Below are positions 49,731-58,677 of a stretch of 64,000 nt of DNA, piece after piece. The notes beneath the pieces are model-generated. The model was not told where the DNA came from. It was given only the letters and a program-made list of their open reading frames with translations, and did not search any database. A program made the translations under genes and the position numbers. Origin of the DNA: Candidatus Poribacteria bacterium. GTDB taxonomy: Bacteria > Poribacteria > WGA-4E > WGA-3G. The stretch's first letter is position 1. Every line of letters starts with the position of its first letter. The DNA is taken from assembly GCA_965205025.1 (NCBI GenBank), contig CBDBFU010000012.1, forward strand, positions 288,001 through 352,000. Direction: 5' to 3'.

Positions 49731-49856
49731 ATTTACACCTACTTAAGTTATATAATAGTTAACAAATGTGATTCACGGAGAATTGATGCATTAAAAATTA
49801 TAAACCCTTATAGAATAAAGGTTCGTAAAATTGCTCCGTGAAGGTTTCCGTGAATG
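49731..49856 (-). repeat. Module A, inverted copy
   Basis: Reverse complement CATTCACGGAAACCTTCACGGAGCAATTTTACGAA...TATTCTATAAGGGTTTATAATT...CAATTCTCCGTGAATCAC matches 9577-9697. Confidence 0.85.
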
Positions 49857-49989
49857 AAGGTGTGGATTTCTCAATCATGTGTTAACTGATACTTCAGTTT
49901 GGAAAATTCTTATCTAAGAGGGTGTTGGGTTTCTTATGATAAGTCGTTTTTGTGAGTATAACATATCAGTGGAATCCTACAATAATACC

Positions 49990-50185
49990 GCACGCCAGCG
50001 AAGTGCTATGTGTCGATTCACTGCATACCATACCGCTGGAGCAAGACCCACAACTTATCCGTGTGTTAGTCGCAAACAATACAGAACTACCGATACCGAC
50101 ATTATGATGTCTCCTCACACCAGCGGTGTGATATGTCTATAGAAATAAATGGTAGAGAATACCGCACTCCAGCGGAGTGCTATGT
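49990..50185 (-). repeat. Three REP-like hairpins (single at 49990-50011, doublet at 50115-50185)
   Basis: Reverse complements ACATAGCACTTCGCTGGCGTGC, ACATATCACACCGCTGGTGTGA, ACATAGCACTCCGCTGGAGTGC; a related unit lies at 49570-49591. Confidence 0.8.
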
Positions 50186-50392
50186 AAGATGTCCGCTTTG
50201 GATATAAATGCGTTTTTCAGTGAGTTATACCGACCCAATACTATCAAGAAAACAGAGAAACCCTTGAAAAACGACATGAGACCGACAGAATCTGTCCAAA
50301 CAATAGTAATTAATAGCAAATTATCGTATTTTCAGTTAGACTATGGACTAAGCTAAAGATATAACTATCAATAATTCAGAGAAGTGATTTAA

Positions 50393-51286
50393 ATGAATGA
50401 AAATATTGACATCTCAGACATCAACCAGAATCCAGCACTAAATCCACAAACATTAAAGGTCGGGGATATATTGGATTCAATGTTTGCACTTTACCGTAAT
50501 AACTATAAACTATATCTGAGCATTGCATTAATATACTTTTTTGCTGTAATAATTGAATATTCTCTAAAAGGTTTTATCTCTGGATCAATACAAGAAGCAT
50601 TAATTCCTCTAATCATATCAATGCCAGTTTCAATTTTCGCAATTAGTGCAGGAGTATATGTAACAGGTTCACTCTACTTGGATCGAGAAATATCAGTAGA
50701 CAATACCTTTAGGCATGTATTTCATAGATTAGTACCGTTAATAGGAAGTAATCTAATAGTCAGATTACTTGTTGCTCTCTGTCTGATAAGTTTTAGCCTT
50801 TCTGTTGCACTGATGTTTAGATTAGGTGGTATAAGTATTTTGATTGGATTCATAGCCATACCATTTTCAATATATCTTATTATTAACTGGATATTCCATA
50901 TTCCCGTAATCTTGTTTGAAAAAAAACAAATAGGAAACAGTTTCAGTAAGAGTTCTACACTTGTAAAAAACTCTTGGTGGCGTGTGTTAGGAATAATAAT
51001 TCTAATTCTTATAATTAGTTCTGCAATCGATACAATTCTAACATTGTCTGTTGCATTTGTAATGTTCTTGCTGAACTTAGGGGGTAACACAGATTATCAA
51101 AACCTTCTACAATGGACATTTTTTAACGATATACTTGATAGTAATAATCTATACTTCTATTCTATCATGACTTTTGTTGATTTACTTATGCAAGGATTGG
51201 TCTTTCCTTTATGGGTCATTGGATATTCATTACTATATATTGATAGAAGATTACAGGTGGATGGGATGTTTGAGTTTACAGATTAA
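50393..51286 (+). CDS. Integral membrane protein (glycerophosphoryl diester phosphodiesterase membrane domain-like)
   Basis: GDILDSMFALYR..., KSSTLVKNSWWRVLG, LLYIDRR motifs; multiple TM helices. Confidence 0.7.
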   Translation: MNENIDISDINQNPALNPQTLKVGDILDSMFALYRNNYKLYLSIALIYFFAVIIEYSLKGFISGSIQEALIPLIISMPVSIFAISAGVYVTGSLYLDREISVDNTFRHVFHRLVPLIGSNLIVRLLVALCLISFSLSVALMFRLGGISILIGFIAIPFSIYLIINWIFHIPVILFEKKQIGNSFSKSSTLVKNSWWRVLGIIILILIISSAIDTILTLSVAFVMFLLNLGGNTDYQNLLQWTFFNDILDSNNLYFYSIMTFVDLLMQGLVFPLWVIGYSLLYIDRRLQVDGMFEFTD

Positions 51287-51344
51287 TTCTTGTGTTGGAG
51301 TATAATCATCTTTCTAATCATAGAAAATACTAATTCATACATAA

Positions 51345-51680
51345 ATGCTACAAATAGATATTTATAGCCTTGTTATCCATCTTGGAATGATATATATTAT
51401 CCTTATTCCTGCTGCCCAATTTTGTTTCATTGGATTTCTAATTTATTTTGCTGTAAAGACAAAATCCAAAGGTGTGATAATTATCATTATCAGTTGCATA
51501 CTCTATCAAGTTATCCATCTTGGAATGATATATATTATCTTTGCAAGGGATATTTTAAGTATTCGAGTCATATCTGTCATTAATATTATAATATACATCC
51601 TATTGTTCGTCTTTATCACATTAGGACTATGCCTATGTTATTTTGAATGGGAAAATGGTAAGTTCCAATTCAAAAGGTAA
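51345..51680 (+). CDS. Small membrane protein, paralog of 51732-52061
   Basis: Three hydrophobic segments, KTKSKG loop, CY.EW..G C-terminus. Confidence 0.6.
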   Translation: MLQIDIYSLVIHLGMIYIILIPAAQFCFIGFLIYFAVKTKSKGVIIIIISCILYQVIHLGMIYIIFARDILSIRVISVINIIIYILLFVFITLGLCLCYFEWENGKFQFKR

Positions 51681-51731
51681 TATTATATTGACTTTTTTAA
51701 CATAGATTATTACAGGAAATGTTGCAAAATT

Positions 51732-52061
51732 ATGAGTATTCAATTCCAATTTAATACAATTATGATACTAATCTTTGTAATCAAAATTTTTCCTTTGGTA
51801 TTGTTAGTCTTTATGACATTAAAGACCAAATCAAAAGGTCTTACACTCATCACTGTTACATATATTCTTGATACATTTTTTGTATCGTATTTTTTTCATA
51901 GTGGATGGAGACTAATATATAATGAATCTAATGATTCTAGATTCTTTCAAATTCTGAATCCACCTCTGATGATTCTTCCATACATTCTATATTCTATTGG
52001 CGTATATCTATGTTATAGAGAATGGAAACAAGGGAGACTGACACACAAACAGACTGAATGA
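51732..52061 (+). CDS. Small membrane protein, paralog of 51345-51680
   Basis: Three hydrophobic segments, KTKSKG loop, CYREWKQG C-terminus. Confidence 0.65.
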   Translation: MSIQFQFNTIMILIFVIKIFPLVLLVFMTLKTKSKGLTLITVTYILDTFFVSYFFHSGWRLIYNESNDSRFFQILNPPLMILPYILYSIGVYLCYREWKQGRLTHKQTE

Positions 52062-52864
52062 GATTCATTAATATTCAGGTCTACTTCTATACTAATTACA
52101 ATAAATCTAATTCTTACATATATTCACTCAAGTATACTCGTATATAACCAAGATGAAAGCAGAATTACTTCCATACTTTACCTTTCAGAAAATTCGTGGT
52201 AGAACATTAGTTTGGTGTGCAGTACTTACCGCGATTATAAGTTCTGCAATTTACTCAGAGATCAATCCATTATACTATAAGGATATAACTTATCCATTAC
52301 CTGATGGTATATATCTGATATTATTTTACTGTGTTTTTATACTCATTATCTCCTCAATTCTATTTCGATCACGGTTGTCATATAGGAATTTATTTGGAAG
52401 ACTTCCAGATTGGTCAACAATTGGACACTATTCCATATTCACTATTCCTCTTGTGTTATTTTCACTCAGCATTTTTTATATTCAACATTTAATAAGCCTG
52501 CCTATATTTCCTGATTTTGCCGAATGGTTAATTGATGAGGATTTAGTGACTGTTGTTTATCAGTCTAATATGAAACTAATGATCGCTAATATATTCAGTA
52601 TTTTCTGTCTTACAATAATTACACCGATTTTTGAAGAATTTTTCTTTAGAGGAATATTGTTAACAAGATGGAGTATAAAATGGGGTACGCCAAAGGCTAT
52701 AATCTTCTCTTCAATTTTGTTTGGAATTCTACATAGTAATATACTTGGGGCAATCTTTTTTGGATATGTATTAGCGATATTATACGTTAAAACAAAATCG
52801 CTATATGTGCCTATTTTCATTCACATTTTGAATAATCTAATTGCAGTCAGTATTGATTACTATA

Positions 52865-53999
52865 ACGACTTGTGCCAGTTAGTTCTTTTTATGTAATATT
52901 GAAATTCACAAGTTTAATCTTTTTCTTTTTATTAGATCCATCCTTATGGTATCCTTTAGTAAATCTACAATAAAAAGGAACTATAAGGATGGAACTAAAG
53001 GATACATTAGAAAAGTATGTTATGCAACTCAAAAATAATGAACGAACACTTGAAAATGTTGCCAGTGTCTGCCAGAAAATCATTGCCAAACTTTATGATA
53101 CCTACTTTCCCAGAGCGGAAACGCTTCGACCAGGCCCCGTCAGTCCCTGCCCAGATAGCGACATTATTACAATCGCATGGCTATTCGAACTCATAGGAAA
53201 AGACAGCGAACTCGCAGGATACAAACTTGTGAAAGTACAACTCGGTCATCTGTTTCCACATTTGCCAGAACGCTCTCGTTTCAATCGAAGGCGAAGGAAT
53301 TTGTGCTCTGCAAGCGAAAAACTCCGAAATGTCCTCGTAAAAATGCTACCGGATGATGACATTTACATTGTTGATAGTTTTCCTATACCTCTTTGCGATT
53401 TCAAACGAGTCCCAACTTCTGCTTCACCTTTGAAATGTGCTGATGGTAATGGCACTTTGGCAACTTTCGGGAAGTGTGCTACAAAGGGACTTGATACCTT
53501 CTTTGGGTTCCGGTGTAGTTTGATAACAACAGCTTATGGACTCCCTGTTGATTTTGCCGTCGCTATCGCAGATACAGATGATCGACAAGTGCTTCCATTG
53601 TTTTGTGAACGAGGCACTTATCCTGTTATCATCGGAGACAAAGGGTATATATCTGAAAAACTTGAGGCAGAACTCCTTGAACAGTATAATGTATGTCTAT
53701 TACCGACGCGGCGTACGAATCAGAAAGAACAATACCCGAAGTCATTTCAAAAGCTACATCAAAAGATACGAAGGCGTATTGAGACTACGATAAGTCAACT
53801 TTCAAATCAGTTTAGCATTGGACGCATACGAGCTCGGACCCATTGGGGATTTAGGACACGCTTGAGCAATAAGTTTAGTGGTTTTACACTCGGTGTTTTC
53901 TTGAATAAGTGTTTAGGACGAAAGTTAATGGCACTCAAAGATGTTGTCTACGCATAATAGTATTAGATATTTTACATTTAGTTAACTGGCACAAGTCGT
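52865..53999 (+). mobile_element. IS982-family element, copy 2, intact
   Basis: 17-bp TIRs, 7-bp target duplication TACTATA (52858-52864 and 54000-54006), nearly identical to copy 1. Confidence 0.95.
52989..53957 (+). CDS. IS982-family DDE transposase
   Basis: 322 aa; PERSRFNRR, IVDSFPIPLC, GDKGY, RRRIET. Confidence 0.93.
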   Translation: MELKDTLEKYVMQLKNNERTLENVASVCQKIIAKLYDTYFPRAETLRPGPVSPCPDSDIITIAWLFELIGKDSELAGYKLVKVQLGHLFPHLPERSRFNRRRRNLCSASEKLRNVLVKMLPDDDIYIVDSFPIPLCDFKRVPTSASPLKCADGNGTLATFGKCATKGLDTFFGFRCSLITTAYGLPVDFAVAIADTDDRQVLPLFCERGTYPVIIGDKGYISEKLEAELLEQYNVCLLPTRRTNQKEQYPKSFQKLHQKIRRRIETTISQLSNQFSIGRIRARTHWGFRTRLSNKFSGFTLGVFLNKCLGRKLMALKDVVYA

Positions 54000-54044
54000 T
54001 ACTATAGTGTAATCATTCATCATACACACTCAGAAATATATAGA

Positions 54045-54104
54045 GTAGGTACACAAACTCCAATTTGGATCTGGGTAGATACACAAACTTCAATTTGGAT
54101 CTGG
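54045..54104. repeat. 30-bp in-frame tandem duplication in the CPBP gene tail
   Basis: GTAG(G/A)TACACAAACT(C/T)CAATTTGGATCTGG twice. Confidence 0.9.
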
Positions 54105-54308
54105 ATAATTGGATTGATTATTGTGGTTGCAGCCCTGCTTAACTTTCTGCGAAAAAATTTCCCAAATAAGGATTGGATTATCCCTTATCTATTCCATCAT
54201 AATAATGAAAATAATCTCAGTTGAAGTGTATATATATATTCGATGTGTTTGACAATTAGCTCTCTATATGATAATTTATCCTAACAACTCTAAATATAGG
54301 TATGATAA

Positions 54309-55763
54309 ATGTATACCCCACAATTTCATGGACCAAATGAAGACGTACTTGAAGCACAAGCCAGAGTATGCACTGGACCTCACCAAACACGTCCTTTAGG
54401 TAAGAAAGAATCAGATGGTCCACATCCTGATAAAATACTTGAGATAATATTAGATTCTTTGGAAGGAAAATTAGATCCAAAACATGCTGTATCAGAAGCA
54501 CAATTGGGAGCATTTTTTGCTGCTATGACCATACGCAAATACTTTCCTGAGTCAACACAATGGTCTAAAGCAGAGAAAGATGCATTCAAAAAATACAATT
54601 CTATACTAAACACACGTCTCCCCAGTGAAGTAAAATATCTTATTAATCCCACGTTAGAATATGTATCGCAGAATCCAACTGAACAGATTGTTGTACCTGC
54701 CTTACAAAAGATTCTCCATGGACAGCACTTAGGATACTCTGAAACACGTCAAATGTGTGAAGCAGTACTGTCCAATGAAGTCAAACCTGCGTTAAAAGCT
54801 GCAGCATTGATAGGACAAAGGATGAATCGAGAAACGTATGAGGAAGTAAAAGGATATCTTGACTCCTATTTTGCACCAAAAAAAGTCCAACCGATTGAGG
54901 TTGAAAATCTTACTCACTTTGGTCAACCTTATGATGGAGCAACACGGTATTTCAGACCCACACTCTTTATTGCTACCGTACGTGCCGCACTGGGTCAACC
55001 ATCTATCATACACAGCGTTGATGTCATGCCACCCAAGAATGGGATTACAGAGGAAGCAATTCTCAACTCTCTTGGGGCAAAAACCGATCTAACTCTTGAA
55101 CAGGTTTCTAAGTTAATAACAAATGAAAATGTTAGATTTGGCTATTTAAGTCAACGTGAGTATTCACCTGGAGCATATAATATCAGAGAATTGCGGGTAC
55201 ACATTAAAAAACGGCCCCCATGGGCAGCAACTGAAAAAGCACAGCAATTCTTTACTGCTCGAAAAAATAATTACATGGTACTTGGATACTATCATATCGG
55301 GTATGAAAAACCATTACTCCAAATGGCATTAGAACGCGGTTGCCAAGGTGCTGTTGCAATTAAAGGCGAAGAAGGTACAAGTAATTATGCACTTAGACTC
55401 GGAAAACCTTCTACCCCCGAAAGAATGGCAGTGAATTATTCGCAAGGATTTTTATGTGTTAATGGAAAACGAGAGGATTTTGCTTTAGATATTGATCCAA
55501 AAATGTATGGGTTTGACTATCAGATTAATCCTCGTCCAGATGTTATATCTGCTGACGCTTATGCAGAGGATGGTGTGGCTGCATTATCCGGAAAAAAGGG
55601 ACATATCTACGACAGAATTGTTCTGAATACTGCTATAGTTGACTATCTATTAGGTATTTATTCAGATCCGTATGATGCTATTGAACGAACAAAAGCAGTA
55701 ATAGAAGATGGTACTGCTTTGCAGCATTTAAATGCATACATTTCAGTTAGTAATGACCTGTAA
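54309..55763 (+). CDS. Anthranilate phosphoribosyltransferase-like protein (TrpD2/YbiB-like, glycosyltransferase family 3)
   Basis: AQLGAFFAAM, PYDG, MPPKNG, KRPP.AT.EK, IKGEEG, IVLN motifs; lacks the canonical TrpD GTGGD motif. Confidence 0.75.
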   Translation: MYTPQFHGPNEDVLEAQARVCTGPHQTRPLGKKESDGPHPDKILEIILDSLEGKLDPKHAVSEAQLGAFFAAMTIRKYFPESTQWSKAEKDAFKKYNSILNTRLPSEVKYLINPTLEYVSQNPTEQIVVPALQKILHGQHLGYSETRQMCEAVLSNEVKPALKAAALIGQRMNRETYEEVKGYLDSYFAPKKVQPIEVENLTHFGQPYDGATRYFRPTLFIATVRAALGQPSIIHSVDVMPPKNGITEEAILNSLGAKTDLTLEQVSKLITNENVRFGYLSQREYSPGAYNIRELRVHIKKRPPWAATEKAQQFFTARKNNYMVLGYYHIGYEKPLLQMALERGCQGAVAIKGEEGTSNYALRLGKPSTPERMAVNYSQGFLCVNGKREDFALDIDPKMYGFDYQINPRPDVISADAYAEDGVAALSGKKGHIYDRIVLNTAIVDYLLGIYSDPYDAIERTKAVIEDGTALQHLNAYISVSNDL

Positions 55764-55864
55764 GAAAGATGAGGTAGTTACAGAATTTACTAATATTCTA
55801 AACATTTCTACAGATATGATACTGGTAAGGTTTCTAAACTTTTAGAATTAAAGAGGTAACTCGT

Positions 55865-56686
55865 ATGATAGGAATTTCATATCATGCAGGTGGAATGAAA
55901 GATCGTACCCTTCTGGAAGTGTTATCAATTCTTTCAGATGTTGGATATGATGCAGTTGAGATGATGTGTGGACCAGAAGCACACATTCCATCCCAGGAAG
56001 TGTCAGACTCCTTGCTTAGTGAGGTTAAGACAATGATATCTGATCACGGATTAAAAACATCTGTCATTAACCCGTTTACTGGTAAGGGTCTATATCAATT
56101 AGCATTAGAAGATAAGCAAAAAGCAATTGACCATTATGCATTATTGCAGGATGTCGCTCTTGCCCTTGATGCACATGGCGTCAATTTCTTAACAGGATAT
56201 GGAGGAGAAAATGGTGATCCTTTTGCTTGGAAACTCCTCGTAGATGTACTTAAACCAATATGTCGACGGGCAGAAGAAGTTGGTATTACCATGAATATTC
56301 ATAATCATGAGGCAACAACTATTGACTCATCTTCTAAGGTAAAACTATTAATTGATCATGTAGGATCTGAGGCATTAAAATCTCTAAACGATATAACCAA
56401 TTTCTATCACCTTGGAGAAGTTATTGGGAGTGTAACTGAAGAATTAGGACCAATTACTGCACACTGTCATGTAAAGGGAGTGAAAGGAATGTATCCATAT
56501 AGTACATTCCTGATTCCTGGTGAGGAAGGTGATGAATTAGATTTTAGTACATTCGCTGAAAGTTTGGGAAAAGTCGGATATGATAAATATATATCCGTAG
56601 AGACTTTTCCACAAATGCGTATGGAAAAGGCAAAAATAGCCTATGATATGATGGCAAAAACTTTAGGTGAATTCGGTCTTAGATAA
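55865..56686 (+). CDS. Sugar phosphate isomerase/epimerase (xylose isomerase-like TIM barrel)
   Basis: GYDAVE, HNH, D..N, HCHVK, GYDKYISVE. Confidence 0.85.
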   Translation: MIGISYHAGGMKDRTLLEVLSILSDVGYDAVEMMCGPEAHIPSQEVSDSLLSEVKTMISDHGLKTSVINPFTGKGLYQLALEDKQKAIDHYALLQDVALALDAHGVNFLTGYGGENGDPFAWKLLVDVLKPICRRAEEVGITMNIHNHEATTIDSSSKVKLLIDHVGSEALKSLNDITNFYHLGEVIGSVTEELGPITAHCHVKGVKGMYPYSTFLIPGEEGDELDFSTFAESLGKVGYDKYISVETFPQMRMEKAKIAYDMMAKTLGEFGLR

Positions 56687-56750
56687 TTAGTGGATATCTT
56701 GAATAAGTTTAGATTAGCGGTATAATACAGTTTATTTGGCTATTTATGCA

Positions 56751-56776
56751 AAATGCGCGATTTAAATCGCGCATTT
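56751..56776. terminator. Perfect 26-bp palindrome between convergent genes (terminator or REP remnant)
   Basis: AAATGCGCGATTTAAATCGCGCATTT. Confidence 0.6.
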
Positions 56777-56807
56777 CTTTATTTCTACCGAACGTTCCTT
56801 AACATTA

Positions 56808-57608
56808 TCAAGTTTCTAATGCTTTAATTCCAGGCCAATCTCTCCACATATCTTCATTTGGGGGTTCTTCCTGTGTTTCAGATAACTCAGTCTTTCGAAA
56901 ATCGTATAGTACTGCTTGTCTAATTTGTCTTGAATAATTATGACCTGCTGCGTGTCCAATACGATGATGCCAGAAAACTATATCACCAGCATTACCATAA
57001 CAATCCACCCCAGGTTCTCTACTAAAACGTTCCCTGTCAACGTCATACTGTGGAGTCGGTTCATTCTTATACTGTGATTTATAATCATAATAAAAGGATT
57101 TATGACTACCAGACCAAACCATGAAACCTCCACCCTCAGGTGGTACATCATCAATGTATCCCACAACACCAAGATGAAAAGGATGCGCATCTACATGACA
57201 TCCAATAGATTTCTTCGGAACATCTCCATAAGGTAACGTACAGTATATACCTCTTATACGGTCAGGTTGTACTAAATTACCCTTACCTAAGAACTGTTCT
57301 GCCATTCCCCAGACATTTGGATCCGTAGCAAGCAATTTCACCATCCAGTCTTCACCACCCGGTTCACGATAATTCCATCGAAATCCTCCACGTCTATTTG
57401 AGTTATCCTCATTTACCTCTTCAGGTTTAAAAGGACCAATCCAAGTATCTGGATCATCCCGTAATCTACCTTCAGGGGCTCCTTCCCACAACTTAGCACG
57501 GGCTCGTTCCATCAAATCAGGATTAAGGACATTTCGCTTTATTAGGTAACCATTATCCTTGAAGAATAATATATCTTCTTTTGTCAGTTCAACCATAATA
57601 ACCTCCAT
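56808..57608 (-). CDS. PhyH-like Fe(II)/2OG dioxygenase
   Basis: FFKDNGYLI, HVD, GGGFMVWSGSH, GDIVFWHHRIGH, IRQA. Confidence 0.85.
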   Translation of the reverse strand: MEVIMVELTKEDILFFKDNGYLIKRNVLNPDLMERARAKLWEGAPEGRLRDDPDTWIGPFKPEEVNEDNSNRRGGFRWNYREPGGEDWMVKLLATDPNVWGMAEQFLGKGNLVQPDRIRGIYCTLPYGDVPKKSIGCHVDAHPFHLGVVGYIDDVPPEGGGFMVWSGSHKSFYYDYKSQYKNEPTPQYDVDRERFSREPGVDCYGNAGDIVFWHHRIGHAAGHNYSRQIRQAVLYDFRKTELSETQEEPPNEDMWRDWPGIKALET

Positions 57609-57714
57609 TGTTGCAGAATTTTAATGTGTTTCAGTGTTAAATGCAACATAAATCAGATATTTTAATATCCTTACTTAATAATGTATGAAATTAGATGAAG
57701 GATAGTGTCCACTT

Positions 57715-57743
57715 TTGCATAAACACTATAGATATGGTATAAT
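57715..57743 (+). promoter_or_regulatory. sigma70 promoter giving a probably leaderless transcript
   Basis: TTGCAT-N17-TATAAT with extended TG; ATG 6 nt downstream, no SD sequence. Confidence 0.6.
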
Positions 57744-57749
57744 ATCCTT

Positions 57750-58118
57750 ATGAAAGATTACATACTACTAACATTTAATGTGTTCTTAACCGTTATTGGA
57801 CAAATCTTATTAAAACAAGGAGTGACAAAGGTAGGAGAAATAAACAATCTTAAAGTTTTTCTATCGAAATTTACACAAATAATTTGGAATCCTTATGTAA
57901 TTGGTGGTATATCAATATATGGTTTCACAACATTTGTATGGTTAGTCATTCTTTCACGGGTTAAGCTTAGTATTGCCTATCCTATGTTGAGTTTAGGATA
58001 TGTAATTGCAATACCTTTCTCTCGTATATTTTTTAAGGAATCTATTCCAGTTCTTCGGATAATTGGAGCTATAATAATCTGTATAGGCGTATATCTTGTA
58101 GCACAAGGTGAGGGGTAA
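57750..58118 (+). CDS. SMR/EamA family small transporter (ArnE/F-like)
   Basis: GQILLKQG, LSRVKLSIAYP, FFKE; four TM helices. Confidence 0.85.
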   Translation: MKDYILLTFNVFLTVIGQILLKQGVTKVGEINNLKVFLSKFTQIIWNPYVIGGISIYGFTTFVWLVILSRVKLSIAYPMLSLGYVIAIPFSRIFFKESIPVLRIIGAIIICIGVYLVAQGEG

Positions 58119-58121
58119 AAA

Positions 58122-58577
58122 ATGACAGATTCAGGTAAGGGTATTGTAACTGATACAAATGATGTTGTTAATGACAATATCAGAATACCATATATTCGAT
58201 CTTTTCCTGCTATGATACTATCTGCCTTTTTTCCTGGACTTGGGCAAATGTACTTAGGACAGTATTTTAAAGCGGCTATTATTCTAATTGGATTTCTTTC
58301 TGCTCTTGGGTTATTTTACCTGAATTCATATCCAGTCAATGAATGGAAGGATCTACTTCAGTTTAACACTTTATCTAACAGTAATAAGATTATACACACA
58401 AACACAAAGGAGAAACCAAATCTGAATGGTTCAATTAAACTATGGACATTAGATAACGGAAAGATTATTATGTATCGTCCTTCTTGGAAACTTAAAGTCA
58501 CCTCAACTATACAAGGACTGATATGCTGGATTTATGCTGTATCTTCAGGTTGGAAAGGCAAACCAAAAATCATATAA
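58122..58577 (+). CDS. Hypothetical membrane protein
   Basis: AMILSAFFPGLGQMYLGQ motif (TM2/DUF5683-like). Confidence 0.7.
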   Translation: MTDSGKGIVTDTNDVVNDNIRIPYIRSFPAMILSAFFPGLGQMYLGQYFKAAIILIGFLSALGLFYLNSYPVNEWKDLLQFNTLSNSNKIIHTNTKEKPNLNGSIKLWTLDNGKIIMYRPSWKLKVTSTIQGLICWIYAVSSGWKGKPKII

Positions 58578-58677
58578 TTCATCTTTATTCTCACTCCTGT
58601 TTCACTCCTTTGTTTCTCAAATATCCACAAAATTTACACATCATAAATTCAACCATAGAATTATTAAATGGATTGAT

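Larger units (their letters stand above)
52153..54224 (+). pseudogene. CPBP (Abi/CAAX) intramembrane metalloprotease interrupted by IS982
   Basis: EEFFFRG, FGILH and HILNN motifs; removing the IS and one TACTATA copy restores an open frame ...IDYYSVIIHH...NNLS* ending at 54224. Confidence 0.85.

Noticed and set aside
58534-58677. N-terminal extension of the TPR/PD40 ORF
   Set aside because: It overlaps the upstream gene, and the lipoprotein signal fits a start near 58678
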